A DNA stretch of 64,000 bases, taken from the NCBI GenBank assembly GCA_017527675.1, contig JAFXPU010000008.1, forward strand, positions 8,114 through 72,113, given 5' to 3'. The notes under the pieces are model-generated. The model was given only the letters and a program-made list of their open reading frames with translations, made no database searches and had not been told where the DNA came from. The translations under genes were made by a program, and so were the position numbers. Shown here one piece after another: positions 1 to 9,066 of this stretch. Every line of letters begins with the position of its first letter. Position 1 is the first letter of the stretch. The DNA is from Bacilli bacterium (lineage in GTDB: Bacteria; Bacillota_I; Bacilli_A; RF39; UBA660).

Positions 1-203
1 GAGTTATAGCTGCTAAATGTGGTATTGATTGTGAAGGTATGGGAAGTACTACTAAATGGTATTTTTATACAAATGCTTTAATTAGAGAATTTATAGCTAA
101 TTTAGTTTTAGAACGTAAAAAACATATTGCTTTAATTATAATTATGAATATATCAGCAATAGTATTTGTGCTAATAGGTTATTATAATGATTTAATTATT
201 TAG
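1..203 (+). CDS. 3' end of an ORF truncated by the window edge; hydrophobic C-terminus, function unknown
   Basis: Frame 3 is open from the window edge to TAG 201-203. The tail ...KKHIALIIIMNISAIVFVLIGYY looks like a TM segment. Confidence 0.35.
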   Translation, partial: VIAAKCGIDCEGMGSTTKWYFYTNALIREFIANLVLERKKHIALIIIMNISAIVFVLIGYYNDLII

Positions 204-216
204 AAAGGGTGATAAG

Positions 217-1587
217 ATGAAAAAGAGAGTTATATTAAGCATTGTACTTGTAGCATTATTATTAATAACAGGATGTGGTAAGAAAAAAGAAGTTAAAGAA
301 GAAGTAAAAGTTGAAACTATTAAGGTAGGTAAATATACTTTAAAAATAGGTAGATATAAAACATCTAAAGAAGATGATATTTTAGTTTTAACTAAAAAAG
401 GTTTTTATTATGAAGGTGACGAAGATGAATTCTTTGATTTAACTATTGGTGAAGATTCTTTATTATTCTTAGATGAACCATTTTTCTTAGTCGAAAAGAA
501 TGATGAAATAATTTTAGAATCAGATCATAGCATTAAATATAGTTATGTAGGTGATAAAAAGAATAATAATAAAGATAATAAAGATGATAATAAAAAGGAT
601 AATAAGAAAGATGATAAAGTAAAAATAACACCATCAGAAGCAGCTAGTATAAAACTAGTACAATATGATGGTGGTGAATTTACAATGAATATTCCAAGTG
701 GCTGGAAAGTTTCTAAGGGTGGAACTGGTATGTTATATGGAATTAGAGTATATGATCCTAATGATGATCGTAATCAAATATTCTACATTTTAAAAGAGCA
801 ACCATTCTATAAATCAGCTGATGCTGAAAGTTTATATATGTTATCAACTGGTTACTTCCCAGGAATTTATATTGGTGGTCCTGCAACTACTGAACAAATA
901 TTTAAAATGAATAATACCTTTGCAGCTAAAGTTGATGAGCTTCATACCAAAGGTCAGACTGATTATAGAGGATTTGAATTTCCAAATATAAATAATTTTA
1001 CGGTTATTGAATCTTATGAAGGTAATTCAATTTTACATAATCAAGCTGTTGATGATAAAGTTTTAAGAGCAACATTTAATAATGGTAGTTCAGTAAATGA
1101 TGGGGAATCTGAGGGTTTATTTAATGCTTGTGTTGTTGATTTTGGTACACTAGGTTATGGTATGGATCAATTTAGTTATTATATGGCCTATAATGTGTCT
1201 GGTATTACAACAGCTAAAGATAATTTAATTAATTATGAAGATATTTTACTTGAATCATTAAACTCACTTAAATTCTCTGCGAAATATTCTCAAACCACAG
1301 TAGATGGAATTAATCAACAGACTAATAATGCTTTAAATTTATCTAATCAATTAAATCAAGCATATCAATCATATAATGATGCTTGGAGTAATAGACAAAA
1401 ATCATATGATATTCAAAGTCAAAAAAGATCAGATGCTACCTTAGGATATGAAAGAGTATATGATACTGAAACTGGAGAAATATATAAAGCTTATAATGGC
1501 TTTATGGATGATTATAAAGGAAAAAGATATAAAGCTATTAGTGATTCACAATATACTGATAAAGTAGTAGGATATATTGAAAAATAG
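217..1587 (+). CDS. Putative lipoprotein, function unknown
   Basis: Signal peptide with lipobox (LLLITGC). Has a D/N/K low-complexity linker (KKNNNKDNKDDNKKDNKKDD) and an RBS AAGGGTGA upstream. Confidence 0.6.
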   Translation: MKKRVILSIVLVALLLITGCGKKKEVKEEVKVETIKVGKYTLKIGRYKTSKEDDILVLTKKGFYYEGDEDEFFDLTIGEDSLLFLDEPFFLVEKNDEIILESDHSIKYSYVGDKKNNNKDNKDDNKKDNKKDDKVKITPSEAASIKLVQYDGGEFTMNIPSGWKVSKGGTGMLYGIRVYDPNDDRNQIFYILKEQPFYKSADAESLYMLSTGYFPGIYIGGPATTEQIFKMNNTFAAKVDELHTKGQTDYRGFEFPNINNFTVIESYEGNSILHNQAVDDKVLRATFNNGSSVNDGESEGLFNACVVDFGTLGYGMDQFSYYMAYNVSGITTAKDNLINYEDILLESLNSLKFSAKYSQTTVDGINQQTNNALNLSNQLNQAYQSYNDAWSNRQKSYDIQSQKRSDATLGYERVYDTETGEIYKAYNGFMDDYKGKRYKAISDSQYTDKVVGYIEK

Positions 1588-1596
1588 GTGGTTTTA

Positions 1597-2151
1597 ATGA
1601 ACGTTATATTTTTAGATTTTGATGGTGTTTTAGATACTATTCATTATAAAAGTGAAGAAGATATTGAAAGAAGAATAAAAATTCTAGCTGATGTATGTCA
1701 TGAATTTAATGCTAAAATAGTTATAGAAGCATCAGCAAAGATAGCAATTGATGAAAATACTATGGAAATAGAAGAAGGAGCTGAATGGGTAAAGTATTTA
1801 TTTAGTTTATTTAACAAATATAATATTGAAGTAATAGGTAGAACACCTGATGTTAAAAAATATACTCAAAATGATAAATCTGGTTACTTAGAAATGTGGA
1901 AAGAAGATGAAATAAGATTATATCTTATGAGACATCCAGAAATAGACCATTATTGCATAATTGATGATGATGATTTAGCATCCATGCATAGACAGTCTGA
2001 TTTAGATAAAGTTAGAAATCATTTAGTAAAAACCCTTGATTATTCAGATAATCCTGAGGAAGAAGGATTACTAGCCATTCATAAAGAGCAAATAGGTGAA
2101 GTATTAAAAAAAGAAAATAAAATAAGAAAATATGCTTTAATGAAAAAATAA
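1597..2151 (+). CDS. HAD-superfamily-like small phosphatase-fold protein
   Basis: N-terminal FLDFDGVLDT matches the DxDG(T/V) HAD motif I. ATG 1597 lies 5 nt after GGTGG, whereas the track start GTG 1588 sits inside the RBS. Confidence 0.55.
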   Translation: MNVIFLDFDGVLDTIHYKSEEDIERRIKILADVCHEFNAKIVIEASAKIAIDENTMEIEEGAEWVKYLFSLFNKYNIEVIGRTPDVKKYTQNDKSGYLEMWKEDEIRLYLMRHPEIDHYCIIDDDDLASMHRQSDLDKVRNHLVKTLDYSDNPEEEGLLAIHKEQIGEVLKKENKIRKYALMKK

Positions 2152-2171
2152 CTATCTTTGATAGTTTTTTT
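2150..2171 (+). terminator. Rho-independent terminator
   Basis: Stem aactatc/gatagtt followed by a T-run. Confidence 0.6.
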
Positions 2172-2219
2172 AACCTATTCTAATTTAAAACCATATATTA
2201 TCATAAGGGGGGTAATTAT

Positions 2220-3140
2220 ATGGAATATGATTATATGTTTGGAAATACATTTTATAACTATGAAGGTAATAAGGGAATAAAAAGTATAGTATATAATATT
2301 CTTGCACCGGAACAAGAACAAAACGTTCAACCGGGAATGGAGTATTTAATGCAACCTTTACCTATATTTGATAATCCTAATTATTTAGGTAGTAATAAAT
2401 TAAAAGATAAAGTAGCTATCATTACCGGAGGTGATAGTGGACTTGGTCGTGCCTGTGCTATAGCTTTTATTAAAGAAGGTGCAAAGGTTGTTATACCATA
2501 TTTAAATGAAGAAAAAGATGCTTATTATACTAAAGATTATATTGAAAATATGGGTGGAGAATGTTTACTTTTAAAGGGTGATATTACAGATCATAATTTT
2601 TGTAAGTATATTGTAGATTCAACCATAAACAGATTTGGAAAAATAGATATTTTAATTAATAATGCTGGTGTTCAGTATCAACAAGATATTTTAGAAAACA
2701 TTTCTGATGAACAATTTGATTGGACTATGAAGGTAAATATATATGGAATGTTTTATTTGACAAAAGAAGTATTGCCATATTTAAATAGTGGTTCATCTAT
2801 CATAAATTTATCATCTGTAACAGCATTTTATGGTGATCCACAATTAATTGATTATGTTACAACCAAAAGTGCTATTGTAGGCTTTACCAGGGCTTTAGCA
2901 CGCAACTTAGCTTTAAAAAATATTCGTGTTAATGCTATAGCACCTGGCTTTTTTTGGACACCTTTACAACCAGCCTGTTGGGAAGCAGAAAAAATACCAT
3001 CTTTAGGAGCTGATGCAGCTATGGCACGTGGCGCTATGCCATATGAACTTGCTCCAACTTTTGTTTATTTGGCATCTAATGATTCTAGTTATGTAACTGG
3101 TCAAGTATTTCATGTTAATGGTGGACAAGTTATGGGTTAA
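2220..3140 (+). CDS. Short-chain dehydrogenase/reductase (YhdF/YdaD general-stress-type SDR)
   Basis: Cofactor motif ITGGDSGLGRA, NNAG, and catalytic YxxxK (DYVTTKSA). Confidence 0.8.
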   Translation: MEYDYMFGNTFYNYEGNKGIKSIVYNILAPEQEQNVQPGMEYLMQPLPIFDNPNYLGSNKLKDKVAIITGGDSGLGRACAIAFIKEGAKVVIPYLNEEKDAYYTKDYIENMGGECLLLKGDITDHNFCKYIVDSTINRFGKIDILINNAGVQYQQDILENISDEQFDWTMKVNIYGMFYLTKEVLPYLNSGSSIINLSSVTAFYGDPQLIDYVTTKSAIVGFTRALARNLALKNIRVNAIAPGFFWTPLQPACWEAEKIPSLGADAAMARGAMPYELAPTFVYLASNDSSYVTGQVFHVNGGQVMG

Positions 3141-3162
3141 GGACTTATAAAAGTCCTTTTTT
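3139..3162 (+). terminator. Rho-independent terminator
   Basis: Stem aaggactt/aagtcctt plus TTTT. Confidence 0.7.
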
Positions 3163-3205
3163 GTATTTAATAATAAATAATATACATAATAATATGGGTG
3201 ATTAA

Positions 3206-4543
3206 ATGAAAAATATAAGTATTTGGCAAGATGAAATAATTCCTGATTATCCTTCTTTAGAACAAAACCTGGATTTGGATGTTTTAATTATTGGCGGCGG
3301 TATAACAGGTATTAGTAGTTTATATCATTTAAAAGATAGTAATTTAAAAATAGCTTTAGTGGAACAAAATAAAATAGGCTTAGGAATAACAGCAAAATCA
3401 ACTGGTAAGTTATGTTATTTACAAAATGATTTATTAGATAAAATAAGAAATTTTTATAATGATAAAATAGCATCATATTACTTAAAATCACAAATAGAGG
3501 CAATTAATAAAATAGTAAATATTATTAATAATAATAAAATAGATTGTAATCTTCAAAAAACGTCTGCTTATTTATATACTAATAATGAAAATGAAATACC
3601 TAAAATTAAAAATTTAGAATTATTTTTAAAAAATAATAATATAAAAGTTACTTACCCTCATCATAATATTGTTAAAAGTAAGTATATGATTGAAGTTGAA
3701 GATACTTATTTAATTAATCCCTATAGATTTATTCGTGGATTAATTAAAAGTAATACAAAATCTATTTATGAAAATACTAGGATTAAAAAAATAAAAAGAA
3801 TAGATAATAGCTATATATGCTATACAGATAAATATATAATTAAAACAAAAAAAATTATTATAGCATCACATTATCCATATTTTTTAGTACCACTTTTTTT
3901 TCCTCTAAAAGTTAGCTTAGAAAAATCATATTTATCTGCTTCAAAAATGAAAATAGATAATATATCATTAATAAGCTATAGCAATAAATTTATTTCTATT
4001 CGAAATTATCAAGATTATTTAATATATTTATGTAATTCCCATTCATTAAATAAGCATTTATGTGATCGTGAACAATTTAATGAATTAATAAAAAAAATTC
4101 ATGACTTAGATTTAATACCATCATATTTATGGAGTAATATTGATATTATTACTTCTGATGGCCTTCCATATATTGGTAAAATAAAAAAAGGTATTTATTT
4201 AGGAACAGGATATAATACATGGGGACTTACTAATGGTTTTTTAGCAGGTGAAATATTGTCTGATATGGTTTTAGGATATGATAATAAATATGAAGCATTA
4301 TTTAATCCTAAAAGAAGAAATATAAAACATCTACCATTTTATTTTTCTAATATTGGAAAAAATATTAGTGCCTTTTTTAAAAGCTATTTTATTCAAAATA
4401 AATCAAAATATATTTGCCCTCATCTAGGGTGTAAGCTAGTTTACAATGAAAAAGAAAATACTTATGATTGTCCTTGTCATGGTTCAAGATTTTATGCTAA
4501 TGGTAAGTGTTTTAGTGGACCAGCAAATAAAGATCTTAAATAG
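3206..4543 (+). CDS. FAD-dependent oxidoreductase fused to a C-terminal Rieske [2Fe-2S] domain
   Basis: N-terminal dinucleotide fold DVLIIGGGITG. C-terminal CPHLGC...CPCHGS matches the CxH...CxxH Rieske ligands. Confidence 0.7.
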   Translation: MKNISIWQDEIIPDYPSLEQNLDLDVLIIGGGITGISSLYHLKDSNLKIALVEQNKIGLGITAKSTGKLCYLQNDLLDKIRNFYNDKIASYYLKSQIEAINKIVNIINNNKIDCNLQKTSAYLYTNNENEIPKIKNLELFLKNNNIKVTYPHHNIVKSKYMIEVEDTYLINPYRFIRGLIKSNTKSIYENTRIKKIKRIDNSYICYTDKYIIKTKKIIIASHYPYFLVPLFFPLKVSLEKSYLSASKMKIDNISLISYSNKFISIRNYQDYLIYLCNSHSLNKHLCDREQFNELIKKIHDLDLIPSYLWSNIDIITSDGLPYIGKIKKGIYLGTGYNTWGLTNGFLAGEILSDMVLGYDNKYEALFNPKRRNIKHLPFYFSNIGKNISAFFKSYFIQNKSKYICPHLGCKLVYNEKENTYDCPCHGSRFYANGKCFSGPANKDLK

Positions 4544-4586
4544 ACATTTTTAAATTTTATTGTTATAATTGTTTTAGGGTGGAAAT

Positions 4587-5618
4587 ATGTCTAAAGTTAG
4601 TGTAATCGTTCCAGTTTATAATGCTGAAAAGTATTTGGAACAATGTATTTCTAGTATAGCTAATCAAACATTAAAAGATATAGAAATTATTGCTGTTGAC
4701 GATGGTTCAATTGATAATAGTTTAATGATTCTTGATAATTTATCTTTGAAATATCGTGGTAAATTAAAAGTTTTAACTAAAGAAAATGGTGGTGCTGGTT
4801 CAGCTAGAAATGTTGGTATAGATAATGCAACAGGTGAATTTATTAAATTTGTTGATGCTGATGATTACTTAAAACTAAATATTTTAGAAAAAATGTATAG
4901 TATTGCTAAAGATTATCGAGTTTCATTAGTTAGAGGTAACTATCAAACCATTTTGGGTCCAATTAAATTGCAGGATAAATGTAGTTTTAGTGATATAAAT
5001 GAAAATATTTTAATTTATCCAACAATAAAAAAAGATCATATTATAACTGAAACACCTGGTGTAGGTAATAAGCTAATATCACGTGATTTAATAGGTGATT
5101 TAAGATTTTCTGAACAAACTAAGTGGGAAGATTTAGCAATTATGCCAGTGATAGTAGCTAGTAGTGATAAAATATTCCATTTAGATGAACCAGTCTATAA
5201 TTATCGTGCTCATATGAATACAACTTTAAGTGATTTTATTAATAAGATTCCTCAAATTTTGGATATTATTAAATGCCTAGATATATTAAAAATGCATTTA
5301 GAAGAAAGAAATCTTTATGATCAATATCAAAAACAATTTGAAAGTCTTTATATTTTACATACTTTATTTAGAGTTGAAAATGCTATGTTGTGGGTAAATT
5401 TTCCTTATAGTAAAAAGAAAGTTGTTATTAGCTCATTAATTGCTATTTTAGATTCTAAATATCCGAATTGGCAGCAAAATGAAATATTTAATCTTTATCA
5501 ACAAAAAAACAGTTTATTTAGTTTTGATATGAAAAGACTAAAACACTATATTAATGATGATGCTCGTAGTGTGGATTTAAAAACAGCGGAAAATAATATA
5601 GGTAGAGCATTAAAATAG
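4587..5618 (+). CDS. Family 2 glycosyltransferase
   Basis: VSVIVPVYNAEKYLEQCISSIANQTLKDIEIIAVDDGSIDNS and a DADD motif, typical of GT2. Confidence 0.8.
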   Translation: MSKVSVIVPVYNAEKYLEQCISSIANQTLKDIEIIAVDDGSIDNSLMILDNLSLKYRGKLKVLTKENGGAGSARNVGIDNATGEFIKFVDADDYLKLNILEKMYSIAKDYRVSLVRGNYQTILGPIKLQDKCSFSDINENILIYPTIKKDHIITETPGVGNKLISRDLIGDLRFSEQTKWEDLAIMPVIVASSDKIFHLDEPVYNYRAHMNTTLSDFINKIPQILDIIKCLDILKMHLEERNLYDQYQKQFESLYILHTLFRVENAMLWVNFPYSKKKVVISSLIAILDSKYPNWQQNEIFNLYQQKNSLFSFDMKRLKHYINDDARSVDLKTAENNIGRALK

Positions 5619-5630
5619 AAGGTGAAATTA

Positions 5631-6392
5631 ATGGGTAATATGCGTATTGGATCATTTAATACACAAGATAGTAAAGTAAATAGTCATGGTGGTATGCGAA
5701 AAGATGGTATTAATAATGCCGATATTGTTGCTTCAATGGTTGAAAAATTTGATATACTTGGAACACAAGAATTAACCATCAACTTTGTTAATGCTTTAGC
5801 ATTACGTTTAAAAAATTATAAATTTTATGGTAATTATAGATATGGTAAAGTATTAAAATATTTACCCTATAATGAAAATAATCAAATTATAACTAAACTT
5901 TCAATAATTAAGAATAAAACAATATGGTTGCCATGGGTTGCAAAGAATATCCCAGATTTAAAAACGCAAATAACAAAATTATCTTTGATGCCACGAGTTG
6001 CAACACTTGCATTTTTTGATACAAATGATGGTAAAAAAATTTGTATTATTAATACTCATTTAGATTATCAGATACCTTCAGTTCAAGTTAGACAACTTGC
6101 CTGCTTAAAAAAAATAATTAGTAAATATCATAATGATTATGAAATAATATTGACTGGCGATTTTAACCTTGAACTTGGGGATGAAAAATTTGACTCATTT
6201 ATAAATGATGTTAAAGATGATTTAAAACATGTTGATATTGATAGAAAAACATGGCATGGTAAAAATGGTGATGAAACTAGTGTTGATCATATATTTGTTC
6301 CACCTAGTTGGGAGGTTATCTCATCTGGGGTAATAGACGCAAAAGGTGCATCTGATCATGATGCTATTTATGCTGATGTTAGGATAAAATAA
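5631..6392 (+). CDS. Endonuclease/exonuclease/phosphatase (EEP) family protein
   Basis: Motifs NTHL, GDFN and C-terminal SDHDAIYADV. ATG 5631 follows AAGGTGA, whereas the track start GTG 5622 sits in the RBS. Confidence 0.65.
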   Translation: MGNMRIGSFNTQDSKVNSHGGMRKDGINNADIVASMVEKFDILGTQELTINFVNALALRLKNYKFYGNYRYGKVLKYLPYNENNQIITKLSIIKNKTIWLPWVAKNIPDLKTQITKLSLMPRVATLAFFDTNDGKKICIINTHLDYQIPSVQVRQLACLKKIISKYHNDYEIILTGDFNLELGDEKFDSFINDVKDDLKHVDIDRKTWHGKNGDETSVDHIFVPPSWEVISSGVIDAKGASDHDAIYADVRIK

Positions 6393-6415
6393 AGTTACTA
6401 AATGTAACTTTTCTT
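6392..6415 (+). terminator. Rho-independent terminator after the EEP gene
   Basis: Stem aagttac/gtaactt followed by a T-rich tail. Confidence 0.55.
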
Positions 6416-6428
6416 AAATATAACAAAA

Positions 6429-6442
6429 CGAACAAATGTTCC
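6429..6442 (+). promoter_or_regulatory. LexA operator (Cheo/SOS box)
   Basis: CGAACAAATGTTCC matches every position of the Bacillus consensus CGAACRNRYGTTYC and abuts the -35 of the promoter below. Confidence 0.6.
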
Positions 6443-6470
6443 TTGATGGGGGTATAGTTTATTATATAAT
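6443..6470 (+). promoter_or_regulatory. Sigma-A-type promoter
   Basis: -35 TTGATG (6443-6448), 16-nt spacer, -10 TATAAT (6465-6470). Confidence 0.5.
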
Positions 6471-6517
6471 TACTATGTAGAGCATGTATATAAATCTACT
6501 TAAAATAAGGAGGAAAT

Positions 6518-6547
6518 ATGGAAGAAAATAAAAGAACTTCAAAATAA
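6518..6547 (+). CDS. 9-codon mini-ORF (MEENKRTSK) with a strong RBS; possible leader peptide
   Basis: AAGGAGG lies 5 nt upstream of the ATG. The stop codon sits in the loop of the hairpin at 6530-6561. Confidence 0.25.
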   Translation: MEENKRTSK

Positions 6548-6561
6548 TTTGAAGTTCTTTT
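6530..6561 (+). terminator. Perfect 14-bp hairpin (terminator/attenuator-like)
   Basis: aaaagaacttcaaa / tttgaagttctttt with a 4-nt loop. The A- and T-tracts are part of the stem. Confidence 0.5.
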
Positions 6562-6585
6562 CATATACTTTAATAGAGGTGAAAA

Positions 6586-7281
6586 ATGAATCAAACATAT
6601 ACGGTTAAACCAGGTGATACTTTATATGGTATATCTAACCAATTTGGTGTATCAGTAACGGAACTTGCTGAATTAAATGGTATTAAAGGTAGTAACTTAG
6701 CCATAGGTCAAGTACTTAAAATACCAAATAAAAGTGGAACTAATCCTAACAATATGTTTATGTATACAGTAAAAAGTGGTGATACTCTATACGGCATAGC
6801 ACGTAAATTTGGGACAACAGTTCAAAAAATAATGGATTTAAATTATTTTAAAGATACAAATTTAAAACCAGGTCAAATAATTAGAATACCTGAAATGTAT
6901 ACTAAAGAAGAAGATATGATTATTCCTAATTATATTAATTATATAGTAAAAAAGGGAGATAGTTTATATAGTATTGCTCGTGCTAATAATGTTGATGTTG
7001 ATACATTAATAAAAGATAATGGACTTACTTCTAATAATTTAGCTATAGGTCAAATAATTAGAATAAGAGTGCCTAAAAGTAATTTAGATGATGAGATTGA
7101 GGAATGCTATGGTGTTGATTACGTGCCACCTGCTTCTAGCAGTGAAACAATTTATATAGTAAAAAAAGGAGACAACTTATATTCAATAGCAAGAAAATAT
7201 AATACTAGTGTAAGCGAAATAAAAAGAAAAAATAATTTAAAAAGTAACTTACTAAGTATTGGTCAAAAATTAATTATTTAA
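6586..7281 (+). CDS. LysM-repeat protein (four LysM domains, no signal peptide)
   Basis: Four copies of Y.VK.GD(T/S)LY.IA...(V/T)....L...N.L.....L..GQ.L.IP. The protein begins directly with a LysM domain. Confidence 0.85.
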   Translation: MNQTYTVKPGDTLYGISNQFGVSVTELAELNGIKGSNLAIGQVLKIPNKSGTNPNNMFMYTVKSGDTLYGIARKFGTTVQKIMDLNYFKDTNLKPGQIIRIPEMYTKEEDMIIPNYINYIVKKGDSLYSIARANNVDVDTLIKDNGLTSNNLAIGQIIRIRVPKSNLDDEIEECYGVDYVPPASSSETIYIVKKGDNLYSIARKYNTSVSEIKRKNNLKSNLLSIGQKLII

Positions 7282-7289
7282 GGAGGATT

Positions 7290-7703
7290 ATGGATACAAT
7301 TAATTATAATGATATAACATTTCAACAAAGTGAAATGTATAAAAAATTTGTTAAAGAAAATACCACAAGTGGTATTTTAAATATTAGAGCATATGCTGCT
7401 AATAAAGCTTTACCAGTTGAAGGTATGGAAGTTATTGTCTATAAAATAATGGATAATAAACGCGTCGTTTTTTTTGATGGAAAAACAGATAATTCTGGTT
7501 TAATTGAAAATATTAATTTACCAACACCAGAAATATCAACAAATGATTTAGTAAAACCACCTTCACAAGATTATAATATTGAGGCAATATATGATATGCA
7601 GGATTTAAAATTTAAAATAACGATGTATGCAAATGTTTCAGTTAATCAAAATATAAATGTTGTACCTATTTTAAGAACGGATGGTAATTCATATGGCAAT
7701 TAG
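7290..7703 (+). CDS. SleC-like N-terminal (pre-peptide / carboxypeptidase-regulatory-like) domain as a separate ORF
   Basis: As I recall them, it resembles the N-terminal region of clostridial SleC precursors (beta-rich; GILNIRAY...PVEGMEVIVYKI...DNSGLIENINLP). Strong RBS AAGGAGG. Overlaps the next ORF by 23 nt in another frame. Confidence 0.45.
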   Translation: MDTINYNDITFQQSEMYKKFVKENTTSGILNIRAYAANKALPVEGMEVIVYKIMDNKRVVFFDGKTDNSGLIENINLPTPEISTNDLVKPPSQDYNIEAIYDMQDLKFKITMYANVSVNQNINVVPILRTDGNSYGN

Positions 7704-9036
7704 ATATCCAGTTGTTCCTAATAATATTACTATACATTTAGGTGCGCCGGATAAATATGCTAGGGATATAACTGTTCCATTTACTGATTATATAGCTAAT
7801 GTAGCATCATCGGAAATATATCCAACATGGCCACGCAATGCTTTGATTGCTAATATTTATACAATTATATCTTTTGCTATGAATCGTATTTATAACGAGT
7901 GGTATCGTTCAAAAGGATATAACTTTGATATAACCTCACTTCCAGCATATGATCAAACCTATACAGAAAATGGTTCAACTTATGAAAATATTAGTAATAT
8001 AGTTGGTGAAATATTTAATAACTATGTAGTTAAAGGTGATCAAGTTCAGCCATATTTTACTAGTTATTGTGATGGTAGAGTTACAACTTGCGATGGTTTA
8101 TCTCAATGGGGAACAGTAACTTTAGCTAACCAAGGTAAAAGTCCGTTAGATATTTTAAAATATTATTATGGTAATGACATTAAAATAAAATATGATGCAC
8201 CAGTTGGTGATACCAAAGAAGGATTTCCAGGTGATAATGTTGGTTTAGGTTATGCAGGTAATCCTGTACTTGCTATTCAAAGAGATTTAAAAAGAATTAG
8301 AAAAAATTATCCTGCTATTCCTAATATAACATCAACACTGGGTATATATGATGAAGAAACGGAAAATGCTGTAAAAAAATTTCAAGAAATATTTGATTTG
8401 CCTATAACAGGAATAGTTGATAAGGCTACATGGTATAAAATTAAATATGTTTATAATAGTGTTTTAAAATTAGCAGATTTGTATTCCGAAGGTTTAAAAG
8501 AAAAAGATATTTCATTTCGCTACGCAGATGAATTAAAGTATGGAGATACCGGAATAGAAGTTGAGTACATTCATTATTTTTTAGATGCTTTAGCTTTTTT
8601 AGATCCGGATATACCAAGACTTCCTACTAATTCTATTTATACTAATAACACTGAATCAATGGTTAAAGCTTTTCAGCAAAAATATAAATTACCAGTAACC
8701 GGTATTTTCACTTATAGTGATTGGACTGTTTTAAAAAATGCTTATCGTAATATTCTAAAATCTTTTCCTAAAGAGTATCAAAATTTTATTGATGATTTGT
8801 ATCCTGATTATTTTTTAACTCGCGGTATGAGTGGGGTAGATGTTAAAAGATTTCAAAAGTATTTATTAGCTATATGTCGCTATGATAAATCAATACCTGG
8901 TGTTCGAGTTAATGGTAATTTTGATGAATTAACAGAAAAATCAGTAATGAAATTGCAACAAGATTATGGTTTTGATATTAATGGTATTGTAGGACCACTT
9001 TTATGGCGCAAAGTAGTAGAACTTTCAAAACGCTAG
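7693..9036 (+). CDS. sleC: Spore cortex-lytic enzyme SleC-like catalytic region with three PG_binding_1-type repeats
   Basis: VVPNNITIHLGAPDKYARDITVPFTDYIANVASSEIYPTWPRNALIANIYTIISFAMNRIYNEWYRSKGYNFDITS resembles the conserved SleC core. Three repeats of the form G..V...Q..L........G.(F/Y)...T...V..FQ....L...G.......W follow. The start is ambiguous (7681 or 7693) and there is no good RBS. Confidence 0.6.
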   Translation: MAIRYPVVPNNITIHLGAPDKYARDITVPFTDYIANVASSEIYPTWPRNALIANIYTIISFAMNRIYNEWYRSKGYNFDITSLPAYDQTYTENGSTYENISNIVGEIFNNYVVKGDQVQPYFTSYCDGRVTTCDGLSQWGTVTLANQGKSPLDILKYYYGNDIKIKYDAPVGDTKEGFPGDNVGLGYAGNPVLAIQRDLKRIRKNYPAIPNITSTLGIYDEETENAVKKFQEIFDLPITGIVDKATWYKIKYVYNSVLKLADLYSEGLKEKDISFRYADELKYGDTGIEVEYIHYFLDALAFLDPDIPRLPTNSIYTNNTESMVKAFQQKYKLPVTGIFTYSDWTVLKNAYRNILKSFPKEYQNFIDDLYPDYFLTRGMSGVDVKRFQKYLLAICRYDKSIPGVRVNGNFDELTEKSVMKLQQDYGFDINGIVGPLLWRKVVELSKR

Positions 9037-9066
9037 TAATTTTGATATAATTTAAATGGTGGTAGT

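Noticed and set aside
553-620. Tandem-looking AAT/GAT/AAA repeats (KKNNNKDNKDDNKKDNKKDDK)
   Set aside because: This is a low-complexity linker inside the lipoprotein ORF and is in-frame. It is not a DNA-level repeat element or a CRISPR-like array.
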